A stretch of 64,000 nt of DNA from Macrostomum hystrix (Eukaryota; Animalia; Platyhelminthes), in the NCBI GenBank assembly GCA_950097015.1, contig CATNEN010000026.1:1302001-1366000 (forward strand), read 5' to 3'. The notes beneath the pieces are model-generated. The model searched no databases. It saw only the letters and a list, made by a program, of their open reading frames with translations, and was not told the origin of the DNA. Both the position numbers and the translations under genes were made by a program. Below, one piece after another: positions 1-13,205 of this stretch; position 1 is the first letter of the stretch; every line of letters begins with the position of its first letter.

Positions 1-426
1 TTGGCTGCCTATTTCAGCATTAACGCTGGCCTGCACCTGTTTCAGGCGCATCCGCAGCTGCCGCTGATTGGTCAAGCCAGGCAGACTCTTGAGCACACTG
101 TTAACGAGCTATTGGAACCCGTAGCTCAGCGCTGCGTGCGGATTGTTCTAACTACAGTAGAGGGCATTGTTCGCAAAGATTTTGCATTGGACGATGATGA
201 AGGCCGCCTGCGCACAGCCGCTCACAATATGGCCAGATTTCTCACTGCCGGCATGGTTCTCATCACCTGCCGCGAGGCTCTCAGCCTCAACATGGAGAAT
301 AAGCTGAGGCAGCAGTTTCTAGCCGTGATTAGTTCGCCTACACCGCACCAGAAGGACATGATTGATGAGGCAGCCAAGACTATCGCTGTCGACAATCTGG
401 AGTTCGGCACCGCCTTCATTCAGAAG
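1..426 (+). CDS. CNOT1: CCR4-NOT subunit 1, internal exon (5' end outside window)
   Basis: Translation (..PVAQRCVRIVLTTVEGIVRKDFALD..RTAAHNMARFLTAGMVLITCRE..AFIQK) matches the CNOT1 central region. Donor CAGAAG|GTTTGC, phase 0. Confidence 0.92.
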
Positions 427-469
427 GTTTGCATTTCTGGGCCATTTATGCCGTGTGCCATTTGAGATT

Positions 470-815
470 TGTGCTCTGCATATAGTTGGTGTGATTTGAG
501 CACACTGCATATTAGTGAGATTTGAGCACACTGCATATTAGTTAGATTTGAGTACACTGCATATTTGTGAGATTTGAGCACACTGCATTTTAGTGAGATT
601 TGAGTACACTGCATATTTGTGAGATTTGAGCACACTGCATATTAGTGAGATTTGAGTACACTGCATATCTGTGAGATTTGAGCACACTGCATTTTAGTGA
701 GATTTGAGCACACTGCATTTTAGTGAGATTTGAGTACACTGCATATTTGTGAGATTTGAGCACACTGCATATTTGTGAGATTTGAGCACACAGCATTTTA
801 GTGAGATTGAGATTA
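470..815. repeat. 26-27-bp minisatellite (GTGAGATTTGAGCACACTGCATATTA) in CNOT1 intron
   Basis: Direct inspection. Confidence 0.9.
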
Positions 816-950
816 ACTTAAATTTCCTTTAGAATGGTTGATTTTAGACCTTGGAGCGATTTCATCATGTGAGATGTCTCATGTCTAATCCTATCCTTGT
901 TACTCTAAGATGTAACCCCGAACGGTCCTTAAAAACTGCACTCCACTCAG

Positions 951-1228
951 GCCTGCGTACTCAAGGCTCTCGGCCAGGTGGACACCAACCTGGAGTCGGA
1001 CTATCGCGCCCGCATACTGGCTCGCCAGGAGGGCCGTCGCTACCATGACGCCCAGCAGTACGCTTATCACAGCGGCGAGTCCATGCCAGCCCAGCTGCGC
1101 AAATCTCTCGGCCAGCCATCTCTGTTCAGCTTGGCTGTGTACTCGGAGTATGCCGACAATGTACCCGGATTTGCGTCTCCTGCCCCGCCGGCTGCCACTG
1201 CCGTCTCGTCAGTTGCTGTTCAACCTCC

Positions 1229-1261
<33 letters not shown>

Positions 1262-2209
1262 GGTCATTCAGCAGCCGCAGCCGCCAAGAAACGAAGCCGC
1301 CCAACTATTTGACACCATCGCCTCAGAGGTTGAACGCCAGTCGCAGTACATCGCCAATTCGCCGTCGAATTCAACGGACAGCGTCCAGCTGGTTCAACGG
1401 CTTCGCGTCCTAGTAGAGCGCGCCCAGGTTGCTAAGCAGAACCCTGGCAACGATGCCTGCGTCAGCGAGATGGTCAAAGCTGCCGTTGTGTCGCTATTTC
1501 AAACATTCAAGCGCCAAGCCCTGCAGTCACTGTACCCCAGGGAAGTGCTGGAAAGGTACAAAGATGCTCACACTGTTGTGCTCAGGCTCATGTATCAGCC
1601 CAAGATTAGCGGCCTAGGCTACTCTAGCTGCATGAGTCACGTGGTTACTCAGATCTGGACAGAGATGAACGAAACTCACAAATGGAATAGCGATGCGTTT
1701 ATAGAATTATTGAAGATACACATAGTTAGCCTGCATTCGTTGGATTCACACCTGGCTAGACAGATTCGTGCTAACAATCTGCGAGCTGTACGCTTTGTAT
1801 TAGATCTATTTCACGCGCTTGTACTGTGCGACAATCGAGAACAGACTGTTCTCAATGAATGCGATCTAACTGGCACTATAGCTGTGCTCAGTCATTGGGT
1901 TGAGAAGTCTCCGGCTGGTCAGGCTCCAGACGATTGCGCCAGGGTTTGTCGCCGAATGCGCAGTCTGTTAGACTTTGGCCTACTGGAACAGCATCAGGTG
2001 CCGGCTACGGTGTACCTGTACAGCGGCTGCTCTCAGGCCAGGGAGTTCGACGATCCGCCATGGCTGCAGAAGACTAGCGAAGATCTCATGAAGAACTGGT
2101 ACTCTCTGTACAGCAGCACCCAGAGAATGGTTGATCAGCAGAGTTTCAACGGATTTGTTAAAGAGATGACTAAACTGGGCATTCTCAAGACTGACGACCT
2201 GATTACAAG
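951..2209 (+). CDS. CNOT1: CNOT1 exon (ACVLKALGQVDTNLESDYRARILARQEGRRY...LKTDDLITR), includes Q10 tract
   Basis: Acceptor CCACTCAG|GCC, phase 0. Donor ACAAG|GTAAGC, phase 2. Motifs ARQEGRRY and LKTDDLITR are as in CNOT1. Confidence 0.93.
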
Positions 2210-2324
2210 GTAAGCTTGCTGACTGTCAATTGTATCATATACTGTATAGTATAGTGTATAGAGGTAGCAGAGATAAGATTATTACAGCTAACAGGCATAT
2301 GTATGTTACAGATAGCACAAACAC

Positions 2325-2620
2325 AGGTATTTTACAGGTAGCACACTGGTATGCTATAGGTAGCACGCACAGGTGCATTACAGGTAGCACGCACAGGTAT
2401 ATTACAGGTAGCACACAAGGGTATATTACAGGTAGCACACACATGTATATTACTGGTAGCACGCACAGGTGTATTACAGGTAGCACGCACAGGTATATTA
2501 CAGGTAGCACGCACAGGTGTATTACAGGTAGCACGCACAGGTATATTACAGGTAGCACGCACAGGTGTATTACAGGTAGCATGCACAGGTGTATTACAGG
2601 TAGCACGCACAGGTGTATTA
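2325..2620. repeat. 24-bp minisatellite (ATTACAGGTAGCACGCACAGGTRT) in CNOT1 intron
   Basis: Direct inspection. Confidence 0.9.
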
Positions 2621-2668
2621 CGGATATCACATACAGGCATATTTCCCATCGATTGCGTCACTATTCAG

Positions 2669-3122
2669 ATTCTTTCGCCTAACAACCGATTACGTCATGG
2701 AGCACTGCTTCCGCGCCCTGCTCAAATCTGGCCAAGAGGTGCTCAGCAATCGAATCAGCTGCTACCAAGAGCTAGACGCTTACATTCGCCTGATCGCTGT
2801 CATGGTGAAGCACAGCGGAGAGCAGGCAGGAGAGGCGCAGCGCGAAGCCGCAGCCAATACCAAGCTAAACCTGCTCAACAAGATCCTCGGCATCATCGCC
2901 GGCACGCTGCTGCAGGAGCAGGATATTCGGTCCGACCGGTTTCACCCGATGCCGTTTCAACGCATCTTTGTACTATTGTTCTCCGAGCTGCTCTGCCCGA
3001 TGGAAGCCGACGGGCCCGTGTCGCCAGCGCTGGCTAGCCTGACAGACCAGATGCTGGTTGCATTCGCCAACGCCCTGCATATTGTTCGGCCAACCAAGGT
3101 TCCCGCCTTCAGCTATAGCTGG
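2669..3122 (+). CDS. CNOT1: CNOT1 exon, Not1 C-terminal domain (FFRL..LDAYIRLIAVMVKHSG..TKLNLLNKILGI..PAFSYSW)
   Basis: Acceptor TATTCAG|A completes the Arg codon. Donor TGG|GTGAGA. Strong CNOT1 motifs. Confidence 0.95.
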
Positions 3123-3171
3123 GTGAGAGCTGGCTGTGTCCCCGCTGCGTGTCATGAAAACCTACAGCCTG

Positions 3172-3450
3172 CCCGGAATCCTCTGCTTACCCTGAATCCT
3201 CTGCTTACCCTGAATCCCCACTGCCTACTCTGAATCCTCTGCTTACCCTGAATCCTCTGCTTACCCTGAATCCTCTGCTTACCCTGAATCCTCTGCTTAC
3301 CCTGAATCCACACTGCCTACTCTAGATCCCCACTGCCTACTCTAAATCCCCATTGCCTACTCTAGATCCCCATTGCCTACTCTGAATCCCAATTGCCTAC
3401 CCTGAATCCCACTGCCTACTCTTGATCCCCACTACCTGACCTGAATCCCA
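3172..3450. repeat. 18-20-bp minisatellite (GAATCCTCTGCTTACCCT and variants) in CNOT1 intron
   Basis: Direct inspection. Confidence 0.85.
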
Positions 3451-3492
3451 CTGGCATAGCTACAACAGCGCCAATCCCGCTACCATTTGCAG

Positions 3493-4352
3493 CTGGAGTG
3501 CATCTGTCACCGCTCTGTGCTGTCCAAGTTTCTGGGCACCCCAACCGCCTGGCCCATGTACGCCCAGCTGCTGGTCGACCTGCTGAAGTTCATCTCGCCT
3601 TTCCTGGCCACAGCCAACTTCATCAAGACTGTACAGGCTCTGTACAAAGGCACCCTTCGTCTGATCCTAGTTCTGCTGCACGACTTTCCCGATTTTGTCA
3701 GCGAATTTCATCACGCCCTGTGTGACGTCATACCTGCCAACTGCATCCAGCTGCGCAATCTAATCTTGTCTGCCTTTCCCAAGTCTGTTCAACTATTGGA
3801 CCCGATCCAGAGTCCAACAGCTCAGTGCTACGCCCTGCCAGAGATGCAGCAGGAGCCCAAAGGCTCATTCGCCAGCTTGGAGTCCAGCATTCCCAGCGAA
3901 TTGCGCCAGGAGGTTGACAGCTTCCTGGCCACTAGGAAGCCGGTGCTGTTCCTCACGGACCTGCAGAGCCGCATTCGCTATCAGCAGCAGCCTGACGATA
4001 TCGACGGTCACGCCTGTCTGGCCGTTGATTCAGACCAGTTGTCGCCGTCTGGTCCTCCGCGCTACAACACCGAGCTAGTCAACGCCCTGGTGCTGTACAT
4101 CGGTCGACGGGCTGTTAAACGAATCAACGAGAGTGGCAACTCTCTGCAGCCCTACAATATGACACACTGCGTTGCTACGGAGACTCTGCAGGCCCTAGTG
4201 ATGTTCTGCTGCACCGAGGGTCGCTACCTGCTGCTTAACGCCATGGCTAATCAGCTGCGCTATCCTAATTCGCACACCTTCTTTTTCAATCAGATTCTGC
4301 TGTTCTTCTTCCGGGAGAGCAATAATGAGCAGATCAAAGAGCAGATTACCAG
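3493..4352 (+). CDS. CNOT1: CNOT1 exon (WPMYAQLLVDL..YKGTLRLILVLLHDFPDF..ANQLRYPNSHT..IKEQITR)
   Basis: Acceptor TTTGCAG|CTG. Donor ACCAG|GTATTA, phase 2. Near-diagnostic Not1 motifs. Confidence 0.96.
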
Positions 4353-4419
4353 GTATTAACATTCTTGGTTTTTTATCTAGGATTCTCGCATGAGATTTGA
4401 GACACAAGGTTTATTGGAG

Positions 4420-6535
4420 TTCTTGCTTTGGATTCTTGGGTGTTTTCGTTTCTAATCGTGATTGGGATTTCTGGGTTCTTAATTGTGTTTCCTTGGATTC
4501 TTGATTTGGGATTCCTGGGATCTTGATTTGGACTCCTGGGTTCTTGATTGGGATTCCCTGGTTCTTGATTGGGATTCCCTGGTTCTTGATTGGGATTTCT
4601 GGGTTCTTAATTGTGTTTACTTGGATTCTTGATTGGGATTCCTGGGATCTTGATTTGGACTCCTGGGTTCTTGATTGGGATTCCCTGGTTCTTGATTGGG
4701 ATTCCCTGGTTCTTAAATGGGATTCCTGGGTTCTTGATTAGGATTCCTGGCTACTTGATTTGGACTCCTGGGTTCTTGATTGGGATTCCTGGGTTCTTGA
4801 TTGGGATTCCTGGGTTCTTGATTGGGATTCCTGGGTTCTTGATTGGGATTCCTGGGTTCTGGATTAGGATTCCTGGGTTCTTGATTGGGATTCCTGGGTT
4901 CTTGATTTGGACTCCTGGGTTCTTGATTGGGATTCCCTGGTTATTGATTGGGATTCCCTGGTTCTTAAATGGGATTCCTGGGTTCTTGATTGGGATTTCT
5001 GGGTTCTTAATTGTGTTTACTTGGATTCTTGATTGGGATTCCTGGGATCTTGATTTGGACTCCTGGGTTCTTGATTGGGATTCCCTGGTTCTTGATTGGG
5101 ATTCCCTGGTTCTTAAATGGGATTCCTGGGTTCTTGATTAGGATTCCTGGCTTCTTGATTTGGACTCCTGGGTTCTTGATTGGGATTCCTGGGTTCTTGA
5201 TTGGGATTCCTGGGTTCTTGATTGGGATTCCTGGGTTCTGGATTAGGATTCCTGGGTTCTTGATTGGGATTCCTGGGTTCTTGATTGGGATTCCTGGGTT
5301 CTTGATTGGGATTCCTGGGTTCTTGATAACGATTCCCTGGTTCTTGATTAGGATTCCCTGGTTCTTGATTAGGATTCCCTGGTTCTTGATTGGGACTTCC
5401 AGATTCTTGATTGGGATTCCTGCGTTCCTAAATGGTATTCCTGGGTTCTTGATTAGGATTCTCCGATTCTTGATTAGGATTCTCCGATTCTTGATTGGGA
5501 TTTTCAGGTTCTTCATTGGGATTTTCAGGTTCTTAATTGGGTTTTTCAGGTTCTTCATTGGGATTCCTGGGTTTTTGATTGGGATTCCTGGGTTCTTAAT
5601 TGGATTCTTTGATTCTTGATTGGGATTCTTTGATTCTTGATTGGGATTCTTTGATTCTTGATTGGGATTCCTGGGTTTTTGATTGGGATTCCTGGGTTCT
5701 TAATTGGATTCTTTGATTCTTGATTGGGATTCTTTGATTCTTGATTGGGATTCTTTGATTCTTAATTGGGATTCTTTGATTCTTGATTGGGATTCTTTGA
5801 TTCTTGATTGGGATTCTTTGATTCTTAATTGGGATTCTTTGATTCTTAATTGGGATTCTTTGATTCTTGATTGGGATTCTTTGATTCTTAATTGGGATTC
5901 TTTGATTCTTGATTGGGATTCTTTGATTCTTGATTGGGATTCCTGGGTTCTTGATTGGGATTCTTTGATTCTTGATTGGGATTCCTGGGTTCTTGATTGG
6001 GATTCTTTGATTCTTAATTGGGATTCTTTGATTCTTAATTGGGATTCTTTGATTCTTGATTGGGATTCTTTGATTCTTAATTGGGATTCTTTGATTCTTA
6101 ATTGGGATTCTTTGATTCTTGATTGGGATTCTTTGATTCTTGATTGGGATTCTTTGATTCTTGATTGGGATTCTTTGATTCTTGATTGGGATTCCTGGGT
6201 TTTTGATTGGGATTCCTGGGTTCTTAATTGGATTCTTTGATTCTTGATTGGGATTCTTTGATTCTTGATTGGGATTCTTTGATTCTTAATTGGGATTCTT
6301 TGATTCTTGATTGGGATTCTTTGATTCTTGATTGGGATTCTTTGATTCTTAATTGGGATTCTTTGATTCTTAATTGGGATTCTTTGATTCTTGATTGGGA
6401 TTCTTTGATTCTTAATTGGGATTCTTTGATTCTTGATTGGGATTCTTTGATTCTTGATTGGGATTCCTGGGTTCTTGATTGGGATTCTTTGATTCTTGAT
6501 TGGGATTCCATGAGATTCTTGAATGGGATTCTTTG
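4420..6535. repeat. Composite 20-21-bp array (TTCTTGATTGGGATTC core) with higher-order duplications
   Basis: Direct inspection. Source of spurious ORFs. Confidence 0.92.
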
Positions 6536-6748
6536 AGTCATTGATTTACAATTTTTATAATCAGACGGAGAACAGTTTATTATAATATAACTTGATTCTT
6601 GATTGCTTTTTTGGGCTTTTAACCTTCAAATTAAGAATACTTGACCTGCACTTTATAAAATATTGTATTCTCGTAATTACAAATTTAGTCTCGGCTTTTT
6701 ATGGCTGAAATACAAAAAATGTGCTCAAATACAACTTAATTCACCCAG

Positions 6749-6883
6749 GGTTCTGCTAGAACGCCTAATCGTTCTCCGCCCGCACCCCTGGGGCCTGCTG
6801 CTGACCTTCACCGAGTTGCTGAAGAATCCCAGCTACCGGTTCTGGGACCACGAGTTCGTGCGCTTCTCGCCTCAGATTGAGAA
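6749..6883 (+). CDS. CNOT1: CNOT1 exon (VLLERLIVLRPHPWGLLLTFTELLKNPSYRFWDHEFVRFSPQIE)
   Basis: Acceptor CACCCAG|G. Donor GAGAA|GTGAGT. Contains the RPHPWGLL motif. Confidence 0.96.
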
Positions 6884-6999
6884 GTGAGTCTGTGAAACTG
6901 CAACTGGCCTCAGTTTACTCTCCGCGGTTTCGCCTTGGCTCCATCATTTTTATTCAATTCACACTTAATTCAACAAAATTAAGGCTGATCTTAGCCAGA

Positions 7000-7750
7000 A
7001 CTATGCTAATCCGATCATGAACCACGCTAATCCCCCCATAATCCAATCCTGAACTATGCTAATCCGATCATGAACCACGCTAATCCCTTCTTAATAAACC
7101 AGTCTAATCCGATCCTAATTAATCTATGCTAATCCCAACATAAGCCAAGCAAATCCGATCCTAAATTATGCAAATCCGATCCTAAACTATGCAAATCCGA
7201 TCCTAAACTATGCAAATCCGATCCTAAACTATGCAAATCCGATCCTATACTATGCAAATCCGATCCTAAACTATGCAAATCCGATCCTAAATTATGCAAA
7301 TCCGATCCTAAACTATGCAAATCCGATCCTATACTATGCAAATCCGATCCTATACTATGCAAATCCGATCCTAAACTATGCAAATCCGATCCTAAACTAT
7401 GCAAATCCGATCCTATACTATGCAAATCCGATCCTATACTATGCAAATCCGATCCTAAACTATGCAAATCCGATCCTAAACTATGCAAATCCGATCCTAA
7501 ACTATGCAAATCCGATCCTAAACTATGCAAATCCGATCCTATACTATGCTAATCCGATAATTAACTATGCTAATCCGATAATTAACTATGCTAATCCGAT
7601 AATTAACTATGCTAATCCGATCCTAAATTATGCTAATCCGTGCCTTAACTATCCTAATCCATTCAAAGGCAAGCTAATCCTATCCTGAAGCATGCTAATT
7701 TAGGAATAAGGATTTAGGATTAATTTAGGATTAAACTATGCTAATCCGAT
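7000..7750. repeat. 21-bp minisatellite (CTATGCAAATCCGATCCTAAA) in last CNOT1 intron
   Basis: Direct inspection. Confidence 0.92.
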
Positions 7751-7845
7751 CCTGACCCGCAGTACTGATCAGCTGTAATCAAACAGTAATATAGCCTCAT
7801 ATCTGATTACCTGATGATTATAATCTAAATCTCTCACCTGCCCAG

Positions 7846-8005
7846 GGTGTTGGAGTCTGTGGCCAGATCCTGTGTGCCCGGCTTCCGCATGCCACCTCCG
7901 CCGCAGCCGTTTATGCAGCATCAGCAGCAGCAGCAGCAGCAGCAGATTGAAGATGTGGCGAACGGACTGCAGATTGGCTCGTCCAATTCTTCAGTGGCCC
8001 TCTAA
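7846..8005 (+). CDS. CNOT1: CNOT1 last coding exon (KVLESVARSCVPGF..Q8..SVAL*)
   Basis: Acceptor TGCCCAG|G restores the frame. Aligns with the KLFQSVAQCC-type terminus. Stop TAA at 8003-8005, followed by U-rich sequence. Confidence 0.85.
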
Positions 8006-9129
8006 ACTTCTGACCGGTAAAAAATGCCTTTTAAAAAGGTCTGTCCTATGAGGGCTGACAAGTGACAGCAGTGTTTTTAAAACTACCCTTTGGTGATTGG
8101 GTCATCTGTGTGACATTTTATTTGTCTGCCATTATCTTACGCTTATCTAGCTACCTACTAAGTAGTATATAGCGACCACTTTCTCTTTTTTTCGCGCCTG
8201 CTCTCCTGTGAACTGGTTTAGTGCAATGTGTTGTTCATTCGACTATAATCCAATATTGCCTGTTTAGATATTGGACTAATGCTCTGAAATTGGCTTCATT
8301 GTTTATTAACTGTTGTTTGCTCTTTTCTGTATTGTTGCTGCCTTTCTGTAATCCTCCGGTACGTGTGTTAATTAACAATAACTGGCTTGCTTAGAATCTC
8401 TAAAATGCCATTTTCATGTTCAGAGACATTACAGATTCGCAGCACGTAACCTTTGTGGCTGTTTAATGCTTTTGTTTACTATTTATGACGACCAAAGACA
8501 AAGCTTGATTGCTCTCCCTGCACAAAATCTACCTAAAGACGTACTATTGACAGTTAACTGCGTTTAGAATATATGAATTTATATTCCTGTCATTCTACTT
8601 TTCCCAGTTGCTAGTTGCAAAATCGAACTGACTTTTTTTCAGTGTCACCTGTGAAATTGCTCCAAACCGAACATATATCTATCAAATCTTGTTGTGTATT
8701 TATTTTGCGTGTATCCAGTGCAGTTTGCATCCTCACAGTCCAGATTGCATAATCACCTGTTCGATGCTTTTTCCTGTGTTTTTTCTTCTCTTTCAAATTG
8801 TTTTCCAATTTTTTTTCCGTAGCTGTAACTCGCAGTTCCTACTGAGCTGTTAGTCAGTAGTATTTAGTGAGCGAGTTTTTTCCAGTTTGTATAAGTGTAT
8901 TTGTGCGCGCCCAGAAATCACAGTTCTCTTTCGCTGTTTAAAGTACCCTGAACTCTGAATTTATTATCCTATTTAGCCTGCGAGTGATTATATAATAATA
9001 CATTAGTGCTTGTGTGTTTTCCGCTTTGTTCGCCAGTTTGGTCTTAAAATCCCGTTCAAATTATGCGCAGCAATTTTTTTGTATTTGTGCTTTTGTACTT
9101 CTTAAATACCTCAATTCCTCATGAAATTC

Positions 9130-9970
9130 GCCTTACATCTCACCTGAGAGTCGCCACTTATCTCACGTGGGAGTCGCCACTTATCTCACCTGGGAGTCGC
9201 CACTTATCTCACCTGGGAGTCGCCACTTATCTCACCTGGGAGTCGCCACTTATCTCACCTGAGAGTCGCCACTTATCTCACCTGAGAGTCGCCACTTATC
9301 TCACCTGAGAGTCGCCACTTATCTCACCTGAGAGTCGCTTCTTATCTCACGTGGGAGTCGCCACTAATTTCACTAGAGATTCGCCACTAATCTCACCTGA
9401 GAGTCGCTACTTATCTCATCCGAAATTCGCCTCCCATTCCACTTGAGATTCGCCTCACATTCCACCTGAGATTCGCCTCCCATTCCACTTGAGATTCGCC
9501 TCCCATTCCACCTGAGATTCGCCTCCCATTACACCTGAGATACGCCTCCCATTCCACCTGAGATTCGCCTCCCATTACACCTGAGATTCGCTTTCCATTC
9601 CACCTGAGATTCGCCTCCCATTCCACCTGAGATTCGCCTCCCATTCCACCTGAGATTCGCCTCCCATTCCACCTGAGATTCGCCTCCCATTCCACCTGAG
9701 ATTCGCCTCCCATTACACCTGAGATTCGCTTTCCATTCCACCTGAGATTCGCCTCCCATTCCACCTGAGATTCGCCTCCCATTCCACCTGAGATTCGCCT
9801 CCCATTCCACCTGAGATTCGCCTCCCATTCCACCTGAGATTCGCCTCCCATTCCACCTGAGATTCGCCTCCCATTCCACCTGAGATTCGCCTCACATTAC
9901 ACCTGAGATTCGCCTCACATTACACCTGAGATTCGCCTCACATTACACCTGAGATTCGCTTTCCATTCTA
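9130..9970. repeat. Two related ~22-23-bp arrays (GAGTCGCCACTTATCTCACCTG; GAGATTCGCCTCCCATTCCACCT)
   Basis: Direct inspection. Confidence 0.9.
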
Positions 9971-10609
9971 CCTAAAATTGGCCTCCCATCCCTCACGACA
10001 ATCGCCTCGTCTGAGAATTAGACTTGGTGAGTCTGATCCCAGTGATTAGGCCAACAATGATGCAGCAGCTTTCATGCACAATATTATCAAAAGTTGAATG
10101 AGAGCATCTGCTTTCGCATTCGCTTCCTATAATTTATTTCTTACATTCGTCCGCGCCTTGAAATTAGCGCTCCCCAGAAAGAGCTTTTGGGTTTGATGCC
10201 TGTGTTCATGATAGTGTGCTTCGTGTGTATCGGCGCTTGCGATCAGAGAGCTCGCTCAGAGAACTGCGAGAGGATGAGCCGTTTGTTTGCAGACTATTGT
10301 TCGCAATGACATGAACACGGGACATTCAGATTCGTCTGAGCCTCTTCTGTGCTCACAAACACTAGGAGAACTCATTCGGAGGAGATTATCAGATATGAGT
10401 CATCATTCAACTAATTCATGAACAGTTTCTTTGCCATAGCGTCGGTGCCATAGACAAAAAGCTCTGTACAGGAGCTTCAGGTAACGGACTGGAGTCGGCA
10501 AACTTGGAATCGAAACTTAGATTTCAAGTTCTCTCCCCCGTCTCGTCTCACTCGCATGAATGCTTTTTCAGTCTGCGCAGTTTCGCACTGCCGTTTCATT
10601 CTCTATCTC

Positions 10610-13205
10610 CTGGTCTGATCCCATTCTTGATGTCCCAGTCTGTTCCCATTCTTGATGTCCCAGTATGATCCCATTCTTGATATCCCAGTATGATCCCATT
10701 CTTGATGTCCCAGTATGATCCCATTCTTGATATCCCAGTATGATCCCATTCTTGATATCCCAGTATGATCCCATTCTTGATATCCCAGTATGATCCCATT
10801 CTTGATATCCCAGTATGATCCCATTCTTGATATCCCAGTATGATCCCATTCTTGATGTCCCAGTATGATCCCATTCTTGATGTCCCAGTCTGTTCCCATT
10901 CTTGATGTCCCAGTATGATCCCATTCTTGATATCCCAGTATGATCCCATTCTTGATGTCCCAGTATGATCCCATTCTTGATATCCCAGTATGATCCCATT
11001 CTTGATATCCCAGTATGATCCCATTCTTGATATCCCAGTATGATCCCATTCTTGATGTCCCAGTCTGTTCCCATTCTTGATGTCCCAGTATGATCCCATT
11101 CTTGATATCCCAGTATGATCCCATTCTTGATATCCCAGTATGATCCCATTCTTGATATCCCAGTATGATCCCATTCTTGATGTCCCAGTCTGTTCCCATT
11201 CTTGATGTCCCAGTATGATCCCATTCTTGATGTCCCAGTCTGTTCCCATTCTTGATGTCCCAGTATGATCCCATTCTTGATATCCCAGTATGATCCCATT
11301 CTTGATATCCCAGTATGATCCCATTCTTGATATCCCAGTATGATCCCATTCTTGATGTCCCAGTATGATCCCATTCTTGATATCCCAGTATGATCCCATT
11401 CTTGATATCCCAGTATGATCCCATTCTTGATATCCCAGTATGATCCCATTCTTGATATCCCAGTATGATCCCAGTCTGATCCCATTCTCAATCTCCCAGT
11501 CTGATCCCAGTCTCAATCTCCCAGTCTGATCCCATTCTCAATCTCCCAGTCTGATCCCAGTCTCAATCTCCCAGTCTGATCCCATTCTCAATCCCACAGT
11601 CTGATCCCAGTCTCAATCTCCCAGTCTGATCCCATTCTCAATCCCACAGTCTGATCCCATTCTCAATCCCACAGTCTGATCCCATTCTCAATCCCACAGT
11701 CTGATCCCATTCTCAATCCCACAGTCTGATCCCATTCTCAATCTCCCAGTCTGATCCCAGTCTCAATCTCCCAGTCTGATCCCAATCTCAATCCCCCAGT
11801 CTGATCCCATTCTCAATCCCACAGTCTGATCCCATTCTCAATCTCCCAGTCTGATCCCATTCTCAATCCCACAGTCTGATCCCATTCTCAATCCCACAGT
11901 GTGATCCCAATCTCAATCTCCCAGTCTGATTCCGTTCTCAATCCCACAGTGTGATCCCAATCTCAATCTCCCAGTCTGATCCCATTCTCAATCCCACAGT
12001 CTGATCCCATTCTCAGTCTCCCAGTCTGATCCCATTCTTAATCCCACAGTGTGATCCCAATCTCAATCTCCCAGTCTGATCCCATTCTCAATCCCACAGT
12101 CTGATCCCATTCTCAATCTCCCAGTCTGATCCCATTCTCAATCCCACAGTCTGATCCCATTCTCAATCCCACAGTCTGATCCCATTCTCAATCTCCCAGT
12201 CTGATCCCATTCTCAATCCCACAGTCTGATCCCATTCTTAATCCCACAGTGTCATCCCAATCTCAATCTCCCAGTCTGATCCCAATCTCAATCCCCCAGT
12301 CTGATCCCATTCTCAATCCCACAGTCTGATCCCATTCTCAATCTCCCAGTCTGATCCCATTCTCAATCCCACAGTCTGATCCCATTCTCAATCCCACAGT
12401 CTGATCCCATTCTCAATCTCCCAGTCTGATCCCATTCTCAATCCCACAGTCTGATCCCATTCTCAATCCCACAGTCTATCCCATTCTCAATCTCCCAGTC
12501 TGATCCTCCCAGTCTTAATCTCCCAGTCTGATCCCATTCTCAATCCCACAGTGTGATCCCATTCTTGATGTCCCAGTCTGATCCCATTCTCAATCCCACA
12601 GTCTGATCCCATTCTCAATCCCACAGTCTGATCCCATTCTCAATCCCACAGTGTGATCCCAATCTCAATCTCCCAGTCTGATTCCGTTCTCAATCCCACA
12701 GTGTGATCCCAATCTCAATCTCCCAGTCTGATCCCATTCTCAATCCCACAGTCTGATCCCATTCTCAGTCTCCCAGTCTGATCCCATTCTTAATCCCACA
12801 GTGTGATCCCAATCTCAATCTCCCAGTCTGATCCCATTCTCAATCCCACAGTCTGATCCCATTCTCAATCTCCCAGTCTGATCCCAGTCTCAATCTCCCA
12901 GTCTGATCCCATTCTCAATCCCACAGTCTGATCCCATTCTCAATCCCACAGTGTGATCCCAATCTCAATCTCCCAGTCTGATCCCATTCTCAATCCCACA
13001 GTCTGATCCCATTCTCAATCCCACAGTGTGATCCCAATCTCAATCTCCCAGTCTGATCCCATTCTTAATCCCACAGTGTGATCCCATTCTCAATCTCCCA
13101 GTCTGATCCCATTCTCAATCCCACAGTCTGATCCCATTCTCAATCTCCCAGTCTGATCCCATTCTCAATCCCACAGTCTGATCCCATTCTTGATGTCCCA
13201 GTCTG
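10610..13205. repeat. Composite 25-bp array (GATCCCATTCT core)
   Basis: Direct inspection. Unit type switches at about 11470. Confidence 0.92.

Noticed and set aside
4523-6541. Long ORFs (GFLIGIP.., WDSLILD..)
   Set aside because: Translations of an intronic minisatellite, open in several frames and on both strands, inside a CNOT1 intron defined by splice phase.
10000-10600. Unique sequence between arrays (also 13220-13860 and 31100-31930) as hidden exons or TE coding remnants
   Set aside because: No ORF with recognisable motifs and no paired splice sites; a translated database search would be needed.
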